Shown: positions 1-9,520 of the stretch, one piece after another
Position numbering within the stretch: position 1 is the first letter of the stretch
Layout of the letters: each line of letters opens with the position of its first letter
From: a virus
Direction: 5' to 3' (one strand)
Length of the DNA: 64,000 nucleotides
Virus genome (UHGV): UHGV-0289908
The notes under the pieces: generated by a model
What the model saw: only the letters and a program-made list of their open reading frames with translations
Told to the model about the DNA's origin: nothing
Database searches by the model: none
Translations under genes and position numbers: made by a program

Positions 1-267
1 CTTATGTTGGACTGTCATAATCTGTCCATATTGATTCATTAATTGAGTGGTCATACTGGTCAATTCATTGTTTTTCCCCATCTTGAAAGATTGGTTGACA
101 AATTTATTAAACTCTTTCGCCATGTCGTCGAAGTTAATTTTTAATCCTCCAACCTCCATGGTTGTTTTCTTACCAATATCATTGACTGCCTTTTGGACAT
201 TCCTAATGGATTGTGCTTGGTCAACTTCAAGCGTCATATTGACACTTAACGGCTTGTTTCCATCCAT
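1..267 (-). CDS. phage tail-module protein, N-terminal part (gene runs off left edge; position suggests tape-measure protein)
   Basis: ATG at 265-267 on minus strand, 6 nt after AGGAAGTGA RBS; open frame to window edge; lies directly downstream of two chaperone-like small genes. Confidence 0.45.
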   Translation of the reverse strand, partial: MDGNKPLSVNMTLEVDQAQSIRNVQKAVNDIGKKTTMEVGGLKINFDDMAKEFNKFVNQSFKMGKNNELTSMTTQLMNQYGQIMTVQHK

Positions 268-465
268 GTTTTATCACTTCCTTATCTCGTTTTAGGAGTA
301 ACTGCACCGCTAAAACTCCCGAATAATTCGGGATGTTTTTTGCGATAAAATCTCGATTTTACAGTATTTTTCTAAAAAAAGAGATAAGAAAGCTCTAAAA
401 CAAAGCTACCTTATCTCTCCTTATGTTTGTGTTCTTTTAACTTCATGTTTTACACCTCTTCAAAT

Positions 466-909
466 TTAGTGTATACTCATTTTAAAATCAACTTTAATCC
501 CATGCTGTGCGAACTTCTCTGTTATCACTGTTGGGAGCTCTCTGCGTAAAACTTCACGAGTTGCTTCATAAAAATCTCGCTTCATTGGCATGGTAGGTGT
601 TCCATTGACAATCATTACATCAAGGAAATATCCATCTGCTCGACCACTTGGTTCTGTGATGTTTTTGACAGATATCTCAATCGTATTGCCATATACGTCT
701 ATTGTCGAATCGAAATTGGTAGGGTCTGCAAGACCACCTTTCTCATATCTTCGTTCATATCGCTTTGGAACGTAGACATTGTAGACTTCTCTATCAATGA
801 CCTCTAACATCGTAGGGATAATCTCATCGTCTATAATCTCTTGCATTACCTGTTCCGCACTCTTTTGAATATACTTGAACAGGGCATTGAGATTGTTAAA
901 CTTAGGCAT
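466..909 (-). CDS. hypothetical tail-module protein (second of two small genes between putative major tail and tape-measure genes)
   Basis: 147-aa ORF; start overlaps stop of upstream gene by 1 nt (TAATG); no recognisable motif. Confidence 0.5.
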   Translation of the reverse strand: MPKFNNLNALFKYIQKSAEQVMQEIIDDEIIPTMLEVIDREVYNVYVPKRYERRYEKGGLADPTNFDSTIDVYGNTIEISVKNITEPSGRADGYFLDVMIVNGTPTMPMKRDFYEATREVLRRELPTVITEKFAQHGIKVDFKMSIH

Positions 910-1478
910 TATTTAACACCCAATTCTGCTAATTGAGCTTGAAGCTCTGCAATCTTTGCTTCTTTCTCTGCTCGTGCTTTAGCTTCCATGTCTTCCACAA
1001 TATCTTTGGCAATCATTTCAGTTGCATGTGGGTTGGATTGTAGGGTTCGTTGTGTTGCAATAAATGTTTCAAAAATAGACATTAAGATTTTGTCCACCTC
1101 AATCTTAATTGCAACAAATACATCATTAGGATTTGCGACTACTGATTCAATTAATTCTTTATCTTCTAAGTCGATTTCTAAATCTGTAAACATTACAAAT
1201 AACTGCATAATTAAATCAGCTTCTGTAATATTGATACTAACTGCCCCATCTTCGACAACAATGTTATCTTTTAATTTTTCCAACATTGCTTGTTTATCTT
1301 CTAAAGTAGCAGAGTACACTTTTGTTAAACGGTCTTTATCTGTTGTTTCAATAATAGATTGAAACTCAGATGGGTTGAAGTATTTAATTGCGTCTCCAAC
1401 AGAATCTTCAATAATTAAGCATTTAATTTGACGCTCTCCATCGTCTTTACGCATTTTTAGTGATTGTAATTTTGCCAT
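909..1478 (-). CDS. acidic protein, tail assembly chaperone-like by position
   Basis: 189-aa strongly acidic ORF directly after putative major tail gene; translational coupling to next gene. Confidence 0.5.
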   Translation of the reverse strand: MAKLQSLKMRKDDGERQIKCLIIEDSVGDAIKYFNPSEFQSIIETTDKDRLTKVYSATLEDKQAMLEKLKDNIVVEDGAVSINITEADLIMQLFVMFTDLEIDLEDKELIESVVANPNDVFVAIKIEVDKILMSIFETFIATQRTLQSNPHATEMIAKDIVEDMEAKARAEKEAKIAELQAQLAELGVK

Positions 1479-1575
1479 TTTTATTCCCCTTTCATTTTCA
1501 TATCCCTATTTAATCACACGAATAGTTGTCATGTGATTAAATAGAGAAGGGTGAGAACACCCTCCTTCTCAACAA

Positions 1576-2469
1576 CTATCCTTGGTTTACAGGAACGTAA
1601 GCTAAGAATCCTAAGTTATCGTGGTCGCTGTGTTTTAACACTGTGAAGCTAGTTGCGATAGCTGATTCTGATTTTTCTGCTGTTGCTTCATCAGCGAAGT
1701 CAGTAGAGAATGAAGCACGGTAGAATTTCCATACTTTTTCACATACAACTTTTTGAGCCGCATTTGATTGAGGACGAGTGATAGTGATTGATACGTCACG
1801 TCCAGAGCTTGAAGCAGGGATATCCACTTTTTCAGCTTGAACAGAGTATTTGTAAGAACCAACTAATACAGTATCTCCTTCTTCTGCTCCCTCGGTAATT
1901 GTTAATTTTTTACTAGATAATGACGCTTCAATAACTTCGCCAGTCTTTTTGTTGTAAACAACTGGAGCTCCACCTACTGGAGTTTGGTCTAAGTCAATAG
2001 CCTTTTCTGCTCCCACTCGGTAGTTTTTAGGGAATGCTTCTAACTCAACAGTAGCAGTCTCTAAAGTTCCACCTAATTTTAACGCTAACCAGTCACGCTT
2101 AGCTTGAATGTCAGTAACTTCAACAGTGATTTCGCTGTCCCCAACAATTTCTAACCATTGAGTGTTGTCACGACCTGCTCGCACTGGAGTTTTTGTTGCA
2201 GTTTTGTTAACGTTTGTTGACTTTAATGAACCAGAGAACATTTCTAAACCAGTTTCTAAATCTGTTACATGAATCTCTCCGATAGTCATGTCGTATAGTT
2301 CTTCTGTTAAGAACTTATTTGCTTTTGCCATCGTATTACCTCCTGTTCGTGGTTCTACACTTACGACTTGAGGAGTGTCCTCATTAACCACGAATTGTTC
2401 TTCTATTTCTAACTGTGCCATCATAGGAATGGCACGGTCGTAAGTTGCTCGCTTTTTCTTCTTTGCCAT
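1576..2469 (-). CDS. putative major tail protein
   Basis: 297-aa ORF just upstream of the two chaperone-like genes (lambda V-G-T-H-like order); assignment positional only. Confidence 0.4.
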   Translation of the reverse strand: MAKKKKRATYDRAIPMMAQLEIEEQFVVNEDTPQVVSVEPRTGGNTMAKANKFLTEELYDMTIGEIHVTDLETGLEMFSGSLKSTNVNKTATKTPVRAGRDNTQWLEIVGDSEITVEVTDIQAKRDWLALKLGGTLETATVELEAFPKNYRVGAEKAIDLDQTPVGGAPVVYNKKTGEVIEASLSSKKLTITEGAEEGDTVLVGSYKYSVQAEKVDIPASSSGRDVSITITRPQSNAAQKVVCEKVWKFYRASFSTDFADEATAEKSESAIATSFTVLKHSDHDNLGFLAYVPVNQG

Positions 2470-2470
2470 A

Positions 2471-3232
2471 TTATCCTCCTAATGCCCTTTGTAAGTCTGC
2501 GTCGGCTTTCTTGTCTGCCTTAACAAAGAACTTATCCCATGCGTTTGGATTTGATAATGTTTCCAATGCCTTGTAAGTATTAATATTATCAACCTTTGCT
2601 CCCTGTGCTCGATAAGGATGGATTGATTCATTGAAGTCAATTCTCTGAAACATCTCATTGTCACAGCGTAGTTGATAGTATGTATAGTCCTTCATTTGAG
2701 AAGGTAGGATTTGTTTTTTGTTGCACACATAGACCAACATGGATTGAAAGTCAAACTCTCCTCCAGACTTATTTCGAACCTTTACTGCTTTGTCGATTAA
2801 CTTTTGAGTATACTCATCCTCCACAATCAATGGTTCAAACATTAGGTTTTGACGCATAATAACTTCACGAATTGCGTCATAGTTGTGTTGATTGACAACT
2901 CCTGTGTCTTCAATTACAACTCCCCAATGACCTCTATCATCCATTTCCAGAGTTGACTTTCGTTTGGTGACAAGTTCAAACATTCTTTCGAAGTTTTTTA
3001 TTGCCTTGCAGTCAGTGTCTTGTTTTTCCAAAACCTCTGTTGCGATAATGGATATAACTAATTCAAACAGCTTCATTTTCTTTTGGGGTTTGAGTCGATA
3101 ATTAATAAAGTTGTAGCCATATAATAAATACTTGCTTCCTACTTCATTAAACTCTTCCCAATCAAGAACGCTAATGGGGAATAACTCTATGCCGTCAACT
3201 ATTTCGCTTTTGCCTAAGTAGTCTTTAATCAT
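2471..3232 (-). CDS. hypothetical structural protein
   Basis: 253-aa ORF tightly packed in structural operon. Confidence 0.5.
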   Translation of the reverse strand: MIKDYLGKSEIVDGIELFPISVLDWEEFNEVGSKYLLYGYNFINYRLKPQKKMKLFELVISIIATEVLEKQDTDCKAIKNFERMFELVTKRKSTLEMDDRGHWGVVIEDTGVVNQHNYDAIREVIMRQNLMFEPLIVEDEYTQKLIDKAVKVRNKSGGEFDFQSMLVYVCNKKQILPSQMKDYTYYQLRCDNEMFQRIDFNESIHPYRAQGAKVDNINTYKALETLSNPNAWDKFFVKADKKADADLQRALGG

Positions 3233-3911
3233 ATCGAGATTCCCCGCCTAGTTCATCTTCATCTACATGACCACCTAATACGATTACATAAAATGGGATA
3301 GTCATCCCCATGTATCCAGATGTTCCAACACGTAAATCGGTCACATCTCCTGCAAGATGAATAGTACAATCTCCCGTGAACTCTCGTGCCTCTCCCTCAA
3401 CAGATTTTTCATCCAAGAGGTCTACGATTTCGCAGGCGATTGAATTAGCTCGTTCTTCATATAAGCTATCTAATTGGTTGAATTCAATCGGGTAGATAAT
3501 GTCAATGTTAAAGAAGTGTTTTCCAACAATATTGTCTACTCCATAACTTAGTCGTCCACTGACCATGTTTGGATTAAACGTGCTTTTATGACAATGAACA
3601 TAGATACTAACCTGTCTATCAGATAATACCTCACCGCTGAAAGCATAGTCGTATAAAATACGCTTGTCAGCAGTTTCGCTTACATTGTCATTGGTAGTGG
3701 GGAATCTTAAACTGTCTACTAGGTCTGGTTGTTTGACCTTATCCCCATTGTATCCCACCCCTCTATTTAACAAAGGAGTGCGTGTATAGTATCGAGACAG
3801 TCGCTTAATCTTTTGCGAATTATCAATAAGCTCCATCATGTAGAGCTTAAGTGGGACAATTCGTTTCAGTTTCGCACTTTTCTTCCCCATGTATTTGTTA
3901 TTTCCATTCAT
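3225..3911 (-). CDS. hypothetical structural protein
   Basis: 228-aa ORF, overlaps neighbours by a few nt. Confidence 0.5.
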   Translation of the reverse strand: MNGNNKYMGKKSAKLKRIVPLKLYMMELIDNSQKIKRLSRYYTRTPLLNRGVGYNGDKVKQPDLVDSLRFPTTNDNVSETADKRILYDYAFSGEVLSDRQVSIYVHCHKSTFNPNMVSGRLSYGVDNIVGKHFFNIDIIYPIEFNQLDSLYEERANSIACEIVDLLDEKSVEGEAREFTGDCTIHLAGDVTDLRVGTSGYMGMTIPFYVIVLGGHVDEDELGGESRYD

Positions 3912-3921
3912 AAGAATCCCC

Positions 3922-4812
3922 CTAACAAATCATGATATCTTTTTCATATGCGATTCCTGTTTCATCTGTAGCGGTTAAAGTGACCCATCCTCGCTTTGTC
4001 CCTCGCAATTCTACAGAGGTTTCCGTCACAGATGTAGTTGTTGCAATGCTTGAATCATCAACACTCCAAATCACAGGTTTATCTATTGTGTATGTGCGAG
4101 ATTCATGAAGTCTAATTCTCTCGTCTCCAATGATTTCAGAAGGAGTGGCATTTTCAATGGCTTCTTCGTATGCGTTCCATGCAATGTTATTCGCAAAATC
4201 GTCCATAGGCATTGCTTCATCCCTTTGAGCGACACAAGTTAGCATGTTTGGATAAACTAAGTCGTCTAACTCGGTAATCTTGTATATGTATTTATTTGCG
4301 AACATAACACGCTGTCCAATGAACATTTTGTCGGTGACTGCATTGCGTTGAATATAAATCTTAGTCTTAGAGTCCAATTCATAAAATTTGTCTTGGTCTA
4401 AAATACCCTTTGAACCATATGTTGTAGAGTTTGTATAACAAGGAATAGGGTAGTCCACTCCTCGGAAATTCAATTCTCGATTACATAGGTAGCAGTCTGC
4501 TTTTGGCAAAACCACGTCTGTATTTACCTCTTTGACAATGTAGGTCTTGTCATTGTATAAGATGTATGAACCTGTTTTTGCGGTTGTGTTTGGACGTAAT
4601 AAAATATACTTCTGTAATTCGCTAGTCCCACTTCGGACAATAATGTCAATGTCTCTAGGCTCTTCCCCATCCTCTTTTAAAGTTGCGGGGAAGTAACCTT
4701 GAGCCGAAACAAAGTTTCGATTTATTGTTTTCTTTGCGGTTATTTCTCGGGTTGCGTGCACACTGGCTTCGCTCCCCAACATTCTTTTTTTGTAAAGCTC
4801 CAGATAAGACAT
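3922..4812 (-). CDS. structural protein with C-terminal bacterial Ig-like (Big_2-type) domain
   Basis: C-terminal ~80 aa (TTTSVTETSVELRGTKRGWVTLTATDETGIAYEKDIMI) resembles Big_2 beta-sandwich domains common on capsid/tail surface proteins. Confidence 0.5.
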   Translation of the reverse strand: MSYLELYKKRMLGSEASVHATREITAKKTINRNFVSAQGYFPATLKEDGEEPRDIDIIVRSGTSELQKYILLRPNTTAKTGSYILYNDKTYIVKEVNTDVVLPKADCYLCNRELNFRGVDYPIPCYTNSTTYGSKGILDQDKFYELDSKTKIYIQRNAVTDKMFIGQRVMFANKYIYKITELDDLVYPNMLTCVAQRDEAMPMDDFANNIAWNAYEEAIENATPSEIIGDERIRLHESRTYTIDKPVIWSVDDSSIATTTSVTETSVELRGTKRGWVTLTATDETGIAYEKDIMIC

Positions 4813-5234
4813 TACTCCTCATCCTCCTCGGGATATGTAAGAGCATAGTCATAATCCGTAACTAGGTTATTGTACTCAATCTCTGAATCATTTTTTAATG
4901 CACGCATTTCCGCCAATAGTCCAGAGTTACTAAAAGTTGTAGTATCCTTTGACGCAAGCTGAGTCTCCAAAAACTCATAGTTGTAAATCTTAGGTGATAA
5001 CCAGTAAATCATCATTCCATGGGCAAGAATGAGGGCTTCTGTATCATTTAATTCACGAGTAAACTCTTGTGTCTCTTTATCGAACTGTACCTTCTTAATA
5101 ACTCGTGTGCGTGCAAGTACCATTCGAACCTTAATTCCTAACTCCAGTTTAAGTTCATCAAGACTATACTCAATGTACTTTGCTTCTGAAAGAAGGTTAA
5201 GGAACATATCAATGACATCATCAAACGTATTCAT
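4812..5234 (-). CDS. head-tail connector-like small protein (positional)
   Basis: 140-aa ORF coupled (ATGA overlap) to downstream gene. Confidence 0.45.
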   Translation of the reverse strand: MNTFDDVIDMFLNLLSEAKYIEYSLDELKLELGIKVRMVLARTRVIKKVQFDKETQEFTRELNDTEALILAHGMMIYWLSPKIYNYEFLETQLASKDTTTFSNSGLLAEMRALKNDSEIEYNNLVTDYDYALTYPEEDEE

Positions 5235-5269
5235 TAAATCACCCCTCTATAACGAGGGGCAACCCCTCG

Positions 5270-5908
5270 CTAGTAATCAAAGTCTTTGCTTAATAATTCT
5301 TCGAATTTACGAATGACCAAAATATCTCGTAATTCTTTATTTTCTACTTTTTCGTCAATTAAACGTGCCAAAGTTCCTTTGAATCCTTTTGTTAGCTGAT
5401 TAACGTCTGCTTCAATTTGGTCTAAAGGCAGAGTAACGAAAGTATCAATGTCTTGAACTCGTTCAATTAGGTCATACATATCTTTTAATCCCATTGCTTC
5501 CACTACTTCTGGGTCATCAATTAACAACCATGGAGTACGTAAGAATTTGTGAGATTGATTATCCATAGTTAAGATTTCATCTACTGTTAAGTATAAGTCG
5601 TCCCCTGTGTCTAGCCACTTGTGGACTTCACCTGTCTTCTTGTTCTTGAAGATGACACGCTTGTTGCATGAAGTAACACGCACTTCACGGTCTTTTACTT
5701 CTTTTGATTTTAACCAACGCTTGTCAAATACCACTGGTTGCTCTTCCACTTCCTTCGCTTGTGTAAGCGGAGTTTGTTGTGCTAATAACACTTGTAACTG
5801 AGCAATCATTTCTGGTGTTAATTGACTTAAATCGAATGCAGGTGTTTCCACCGCTTGTGCAGTCTTCTTTGTTGTAGACTTGCGAGTTGTGGTTGTTTTA
5901 GTAGTCAT
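5270..5908 (-). CDS. hypothetical head-tail joining protein with Thr/Lys-rich N-terminus
   Basis: 212-aa ORF; N-terminus MTTKTTTTRKSTTKKT low complexity. Confidence 0.45.
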   Translation of the reverse strand: MTTKTTTTRKSTTKKTAQAVETPAFDLSQLTPEMIAQLQVLLAQQTPLTQAKEVEEQPVVFDKRWLKSKEVKDREVRVTSCNKRVIFKNKKTGEVHKWLDTGDDLYLTVDEILTMDNQSHKFLRTPWLLIDDPEVVEAMGLKDMYDLIERVQDIDTFVTLPLDQIEADVNQLTKGFKGTLARLIDEKVENKELRDILVIRKFEELLSKDFDY

Positions 5909-6102
5909 TAATATCTCCCCTTAACATCTTTCACAATAAATTCTTTGTTGTGCCAACGTTTTAACATATCTTCAAATTTCTCGTCTCGTTGGAAGACGAT
6001 TGCTACCTTGGTGTTGTTCCCAAATCCAATTCCCACTACTTTACACCCATGCTTAACAAAAGTGTCTGCTTGTGGAATGTTAAAAATCTTTACTGTATTC
6101 AT
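5908..6102 (-). CDS. small hypothetical protein
   Basis: 64-aa ORF coupled to downstream gene. Confidence 0.4.
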   Translation of the reverse strand: MNTVKIFNIPQADTFVKHGCKVVGIGFGNNTKVAIVFQRDEKFEDMLKRWHNKEFIVKDVKGRY

Positions 6103-6149
6103 TTTTTAAAAACTCCTTAAAATCACTTATTAAAATTTTCTACTCATTC

Positions 6150-6186
6150 ATTAGAAAAAGACTAGAGAGTGTTGACTCCCTAGTCT
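6150..6186 (-). terminator. rho-independent terminator after putative major capsid gene
   Basis: 11-bp stem AGACTAGAGAG/CTCCCTAGTCT (1 mismatch), 6-nt loop, followed by T-run on minus strand. Confidence 0.55.
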
Positions 6187-6200
6187 CTGTGTGCTATAAT
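6172..6200 (+). promoter_or_regulatory. consensus sigma-A-like promoter pointing antisense into capsid gene (TTGACT-17-TATAAT)
   Basis: TTGACT at 6172-6177 and TATAAT at 6195-6200 with 17-bp spacer; overlaps terminator hairpin, may be fortuitous. Confidence 0.25.
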
Positions 6201-7210
6201 TAAGCTAAAGTGATTTTACCAATAGCTTTGTCTAAGATTACAGATACACCCGCTTGGAATGTATAAGTGTATTCCATAGACATGTCATGGTTTTGGTAAC
6301 CAGAAGTTTCATTGATTAATCCAGAAGTTACAGCCATCTTAACTGGTTTAGTGTCTCCTGCGATTAAGTAGATTTCGTCGTTAGACATTAAGAAATCGAA
6401 TGTTCCTTGTTTATGAACTTGTTCTAACTCGATACAACGGTATCCATTCCATAATGAAACGTATCCTTTTTGATTACGTTCATTTTTCATAGCGTCAGAA
6501 GCAGGTAAAGCTACTTTCCCTTGTAATTTGTTTAACGCAATTTTAGTACCTACGAAAGTTACTTCTCCTGCGTCTGCTTCGATGTGAGCACATACTTCTA
6601 AGATTTCTGCTTCATCGAATGAACCAGATACTGTCCATTGTTCTGGTAAGCGGTTTAATAATGCTTCGAAAGTAGTGTACGAGATTTCACGTAATTTACG
6701 GTCAACAGCTTCTTGTAATAAGTTTACTAATGTTACGAAGTCGCAACGAGACGCTAAAACACGCTCTAAATATTCATAAACTTTAATACCGAAGTCACGC
6801 ATTTCAACAGAGAATGATTGACCAACGTCGATACGTTGACGTTTTAAGTCGAAGTGGCTACCAGAGAATTCAGCCGCTACTAATTGATGACGTGGTTCTA
6901 CGTAGAATTCGTTAATGTCTCCTGCGTCGATAGTTTTTGTTTCTACGAATTGGTCAAAGAATTCGTTTTTGTAAGTCCCTTTAATGATTCCTTCTGTGAT
7001 TACGTTTTCGATGATTTCGAATACTTTCACATTTGTTACAGGGTTACGCATAGCTTTACGGAAAGACATTACATCAAATTTAGTCATTCCTAAAACATCT
7101 AACATTTCTTGACGAATCATTTCGTCACGCTCTGCTTTCGTCTTTGCAGAGAATTGTGTAGGTAAATCATTGTTGTAGTTATCAATGATTAATTTTGCAA
7201 TTTCATTCAT
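6200..7210 (-). CDS. putative major capsid protein
   Basis: 336-aa ORF after scaffold-like gene, followed by strong terminator; lambda-like head module order TerL-portal-scaffold-(242 aa)-capsid. Confidence 0.5.
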   Translation of the reverse strand: MNEIAKLIIDNYNNDLPTQFSAKTKAERDEMIRQEMLDVLGMTKFDVMSFRKAMRNPVTNVKVFEIIENVITEGIIKGTYKNEFFDQFVETKTIDAGDINEFYVEPRHQLVAAEFSGSHFDLKRQRIDVGQSFSVEMRDFGIKVYEYLERVLASRCDFVTLVNLLQEAVDRKLREISYTTFEALLNRLPEQWTVSGSFDEAEILEVCAHIEADAGEVTFVGTKIALNKLQGKVALPASDAMKNERNQKGYVSLWNGYRCIELEQVHKQGTFDFLMSNDEIYLIAGDTKPVKMAVTSGLINETSGYQNHDMSMEYTYTFQAGVSVILDKAIGKITLA

Positions 7211-7257
7211 AAAAATAAATCCTCCTTGGGTATGTGTTGGTTAAGACTTAATTGAAA

Positions 7258-7986
7258 TTAGTTATATTTAACTTCAACCATTACCATTTTGTGTGCAACT
7301 GGGAATGCAGAGAAGTCGTCTGCTAATAAAGTTACTGATTGGAATGCGTCACGAACTCCAGTAACTTCTAAGTACATAACATCTGATTCTGGAGCAGAAG
7401 CTGTGTATTCATAGTGAGTTGCTTCATTTACCATTTTGAATTTGTCTCCAACTTTGATTTGGTCTGCACTACGTCCAGTGAAGTAGTCTTGAGATAATTC
7501 GAACTCATCATGTAATTCTAATGGAATAACTGGTACTGCTTTACCTGCACGGTTGCGGAAGATTCCTAATGCGTAATCAGTTTTCTTAGCTTGAGAGTAG
7601 TTAATCTCTGGCTTCATTACTAACATAGGTTTTACCTTACCTGCAATTAAATCAGTTGTAGGGATTTTCGCTTCACGAATCTCAGTTTCCCCTTCTTTTA
7701 ATCCTCCAACGAACACTAATGCCCCATTTGGCACTTCAACGTTTAATACTGCTGAGTGTAAACGTCCACCAGTGTTTGTCGCTTTAATTTTGCTTGTGTT
7801 ACAAACTAAATACTTGTTTGACATGTCTTTACCTCCGTCTGCTTGTGGCTCTACTGTTCTAGCGTAAGTTTTTGCCACTTTTGTTTTCTTTTCTTCTGTT
7901 TGAGTTTCTACCTGTTCCACTGCAACAACTTCTTCAACAAGAGTTGCCACTGGTTCAGATACTGATTTTTTGCGAGCCATTGACAC
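7258..7986 (-). CDS. head protein (decoration-like or minor capsid, positional)
   Basis: 242-aa ORF between scaffold-like and capsid-like genes. Confidence 0.45.
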   Translation of the reverse strand: MSMARKKSVSEPVATLVEEVVAVEQVETQTEEKKTKVAKTYARTVEPQADGGKDMSNKYLVCNTSKIKATNTGGRLHSAVLNVEVPNGALVFVGGLKEGETEIREAKIPTTDLIAGKVKPMLVMKPEINYSQAKKTDYALGIFRNRAGKAVPVIPLELHDEFELSQDYFTGRSADQIKVGDKFKMVNEATHYEYTASAPESDVMYLEVTGVRDAFQSVTLLADDFSAFPVAHKMVMVEVKYN

Positions 7987-7992
7987 TCCTCC

Positions 7993-9309
7993 TTATTTGA
8001 AGTATTTGTCGAAGCGTCCTCCATAGTAGCTCTTTGTCTCTGTTGGTGTCGCTCCTACTGCTAACTTAGCAGTTCCTTGTTTTTTAGGCTTGTTTGACAT
8101 ACTAAAGTTTTTCTTCCCTAAAAGAGCGAATAATTTTAATTCTAAGTCTTCAAGAGAGTATTCACGAGCTTTTTCTCGTAACTCAGCATATCCTTCGTAC
8201 CCTTCTAAAGCAGTAAATTGAGCAAATAATGCTTCCTCTGCTTCATTGCGTCGCTCTGCTAAAACCTCTGCTTCGAAGTCTGCTAATCGTGCATTTTCCT
8301 CACGCATAGTTTCTAGTTCACGAGTTGCATTTGCAAGAGCCATTTCTAACTCTTCAATACGAGCTTGGTAGTCCGCTTCTGGGGCTTCCTCTGCAACTTC
8401 CTCAGTTGCTTCATTTTCCTCAGTAACTTCTTCCACTTCTTCTTCAACCTCGGCAGTCTCTTCTTCTTGTGCTTCAACTTCCTCAGTTTCTTCCTCTGTA
8501 GCTTCAAAATCTTCTGATTGTTGGTTTTCTTCAACAACTTCTGTTTCTTCTGCTACTTCTGGGTTTTCGTTGTTTTCTTCGAACTCCTCAGTCACCTCAG
8601 TTTCTGGAGTGACAGCAGGCACTTCGTTTTCAACAACTTCGTTATTATCTAATACCTGTGACATGGTTTCACCTCCTAATTCTTCGACTGTGTATTGTTT
8701 GAATTTGTTAATCATTTCTTCGTATAGGTTATTGGCTTCATTTGCCGAGTATCCAATCGTTGCTTTTGCAGACTCGAAACATGGCTCTACCCCCAATAGG
8801 CATAGGGCTTGGAATCGTGCCTTCTTAATATCAAATACTCCGTTGTCGAGCCAATCACCATCCTCAATGGCAATCTCCATTGACTGACCAACATGTTTTT
8901 CAAACACTTCATCTAAAATTGGATAACGACCTCGCCATAAGTAGGCATAGCAACTTAAATATTTATTCACAGTCATTCCGTCTTTTTCAAGAATATCTTC
9001 AAAGAAGAATGGAGTAGTAGGGTCTACAAATCCATAAGGAATGGTCGTTTGAATCACTTTAAAACCATCGTCTGAAATCTCTAGTTTCCCACCGTGACCT
9101 TTGAAGGTCTTATTCTCTTCGTCAATTTCTCCAATAACAGGAACACCATAAATTGTTTGAGCTAAATCCATTAATACTGGTTCGTCAATTTTAGACCAGT
9201 TGCGGTTTTCGCCTTCATAGCATACATTGACTTTGACACGCATAAACTCTGGATTGACACGCTCAAAGTTTGTCATAGTCGTATTGAATTTTAACGTCTG
9301 TCCTTTCAC
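7993..9309 (-). CDS. putative scaffolding protein (possibly fused prohead protease) with Glu-rich acidic tract and coiled coil
   Basis: 438 aa; central ~90-aa run of E/T/V acidic repeats and C-terminal heptad-like segment (ELEMALANATRELETMREENARL). Confidence 0.5.
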   Translation of the reverse strand: MKGQTLKFNTTMTNFERVNPEFMRVKVNVCYEGENRNWSKIDEPVLMDLAQTIYGVPVIGEIDEENKTFKGHGGKLEISDDGFKVIQTTIPYGFVDPTTPFFFEDILEKDGMTVNKYLSCYAYLWRGRYPILDEVFEKHVGQSMEIAIEDGDWLDNGVFDIKKARFQALCLLGVEPCFESAKATIGYSANEANNLYEEMINKFKQYTVEELGGETMSQVLDNNEVVENEVPAVTPETEVTEEFEENNENPEVAEETEVVEENQQSEDFEATEEETEEVEAQEEETAEVEEEVEEVTEENEATEEVAEEAPEADYQARIEELEMALANATRELETMREENARLADFEAEVLAERRNEAEEALFAQFTALEGYEGYAELREKAREYSLEDLELKLFALLGKKNFSMSNKPKKQGTAKLAVGATPTETKSYYGGRFDKYFK

Positions 9310-9338
9310 TCACACACCTCCTTTCGAATATGGTCAAA

Positions 9339-9515
9339 TTAAAAAGTCAAGGTGTTTGTTACATTTGCCTTGACTTTTGCATTGCTGAATTTTAACTCTT
9401 TTGAGTTTGCAAAAACATATTTGACAGCAGATTCAAGAGGAACTTCACGAATTAATCGGTATCCGCTTTCAATTAGAGCGTCACGGTCAGATTCTGTATA
9501 TACTTCAATAAACAA
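9339..9515 (-). CDS. possible small protein in portal-scaffold gap (TTG start)
   Basis: 58-codon ORF with GAGGG RBS 7 nt upstream of TTG; same strand as operon; competes with RBS-less plus-strand ORF 9352-9567. Confidence 0.25.
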   Translation of the reverse strand: MFIEVYTESDRDALIESGYRLIREVPLESAVKYVFANSKELKFSNAKVKANVTNTLTF

Positions 9516-9520
9516 AGTAA

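Noticed and set aside
47-295. 82-aa plus-strand ORF at window start
   Set aside because: Antisense to a well-supported minus-strand gene start (RBS + ATG at 267) in an otherwise uniformly minus-strand operon; no RBS.
909-1478. Programmed -1 frameshift joining the two chaperone-like genes (G/GT-like)
   Set aside because: The downstream ORF frame is closed by a stop one codon upstream of its ATG and no slippery heptamer is present; genes are simply coupled by a TAATG overlap.
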